From contig BAAIJX010000022.1 in assembly GCA_054600435.1 (NCBI GenBank), forward strand, positions 354,930 through 374,929: a stretch of 20,000 bases of DNA. The letters run 5' to 3'. The DNA is from Neophaeotheca triangularis (Eukaryota). Of this stretch, positions 19,301 to 20,000 are shown in pieces; the first letter of the stretch is position 1; each line of letters starts with the position of its first letter. The notes under the pieces are model-generated. The model was not told the origin of the DNA. It was given only the letters and a program-made list of their open reading frames with translations, and searched no databases. The translations under genes were made by a program, and so were the position numbers.

Positions 19301-19958
19301 GACCTAATGCTGCACATTCAGCGCGGTCAATTCGGCACCAAACGCGCCCAATTCTACGCCGCAGAAGTCTGCCTGGCCCTCAAATACTTCCACGAGAATG
19401 GCGTCATCTACCGCGACCTCAAACTCGACAACATCATGCTCACCCTCGACGGCCACATCAAAGTCGCCGACTACGGTCTTTGCAAGGAAGACATGTGGTA
19501 CGGCAGCACGACCTCCACCTTCTGCGGAACCCCCGAGTTCATGGCGCCAGAAATCCTGCTCGACAAGAAATACGGCCGCGCCGTCGACTGGTGGGCCTTT
19601 GGCGTCCTCATCTACCAAATGCTCCTGCAGCAGTCGCCCTTCCGCGGTGAAGACGAGGACGAAATCTACGACGCCATCTTGGCCGACGAACCCCTCTACC
19701 CCATCCACATGCCGCGCGACAGCGTCTCGATACTCCAAAAACTCCTCACCCGCGAGCCCGAGCTGCGGCTCGGCAGCGGCCCAACCGATGCGCAGGAGAT
19801 TATGAGCCATGCCTTTTTCCGCAACATCAACTGGGAGGACATTTACTTCAAGCGCGTGCCCGCGCCGTTTTTGCCAACGGTCAAGGGGCGTGCCGATACG
19901 AGTAATTTCGATTCAGAGTTTACTAGCGTTACGCCTGTTTTGACGCCGGTGCAGAGTG
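16363..19958 (+). CDS. PKC1: Protein kinase C (fungal Pkc1/PkcA), 3'-truncated; exons 16363..16828 and 16887..19958, last exon outside the window
   Basis: HR1a ([12 protein letters not shown]), HR1b ([29 protein letters not shown]), C2-like domain, pseudosubstrate [11 protein letters not shown], two C1 fingers (GHKF..CALC; PHRF..WCCHC), a P/Q-rich linker, kinase domain ([41 protein letters not shown]) and AGC tail ([16 protein letters not shown]). Exon 2 is missing from the ORF track because its frame has no stop in the window. Confidence 0.97.
16829..16886 (+). other. Spliceosomal intron (58 nt) in PKC1
   Basis: GTGAGT donor, ACTAAC branch at 16872-16877, CAG acceptor; splicing gives YSKL-D-LIK, conserved in fungal PKCs. 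Confidence 0.92.
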
Positions 19959-20000
19959 GTGAGTTTTTTGTCCTTTTTCTTTCTTCCCCCCCCCCCCCCC
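19959..20000 (+). other. Start of the last visible PKC1 intron, with a pyrimidine tract and a poly-C run of at least 15 nt
   Basis: GTGAGT donor directly after TPVQS+G; T-rich then C15 (19986-20000) to the window end. Confidence 0.8.

Noticed and set aside
17117..19810. Multiple antisense and alternate-frame ORFs over PKC1 (and likewise over GH3, SDR, RBR and GNAT)
   Set aside because: Shadow ORFs from GC-rich codon bias; no independent motifs.
1..20000. A functional cluster linking IPK and PKC1, or a secondary-metabolite cluster of CoA-transferase, SDR and GNAT
   Set aside because: No backbone synthase, transporter or cluster regulator is present; the genes are widespread housekeeping types, so co-location is unremarkable without synteny or co-expression evidence.

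Overview
Gene-dense eukaryotic DNA from a filamentous ascomycete. This is inferred from short GT-AG introns with CTRAC-type branch sites and fungal-type orthologues; the style suggests a Dothideomycete, but that is not proven. Seven protein-coding genes are supported: the 3' part of an inositol polyphosphate multikinase (+), an intronless class III CoA-transferase with a mitochondrial-type leader (-), a secreted GH3 glycosidase (+), a PBR1/YNL181W-like SDR oxidoreductase (+), an RNF216/TRIAD3-like RBR E3 ligase (-), a LYC1-like GNAT acetyltransferase (+), and protein kinase C (PKC1, +, running off the window end). No RNA gene, CRISPR array or intact transposon is visible. This is mostly a core-genome region and I cannot support a new multi-gene system. 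The best leads are a 170-nt fold-back intron in the GH3 gene that resembles an introner-like element, a long AUG-free leader in frame with PKC1, an 81-bp coding tandem repeat in the RBR ligase tail, and a TACC/CCTG-rich intergenic region with a perfect 16-bp palindrome.
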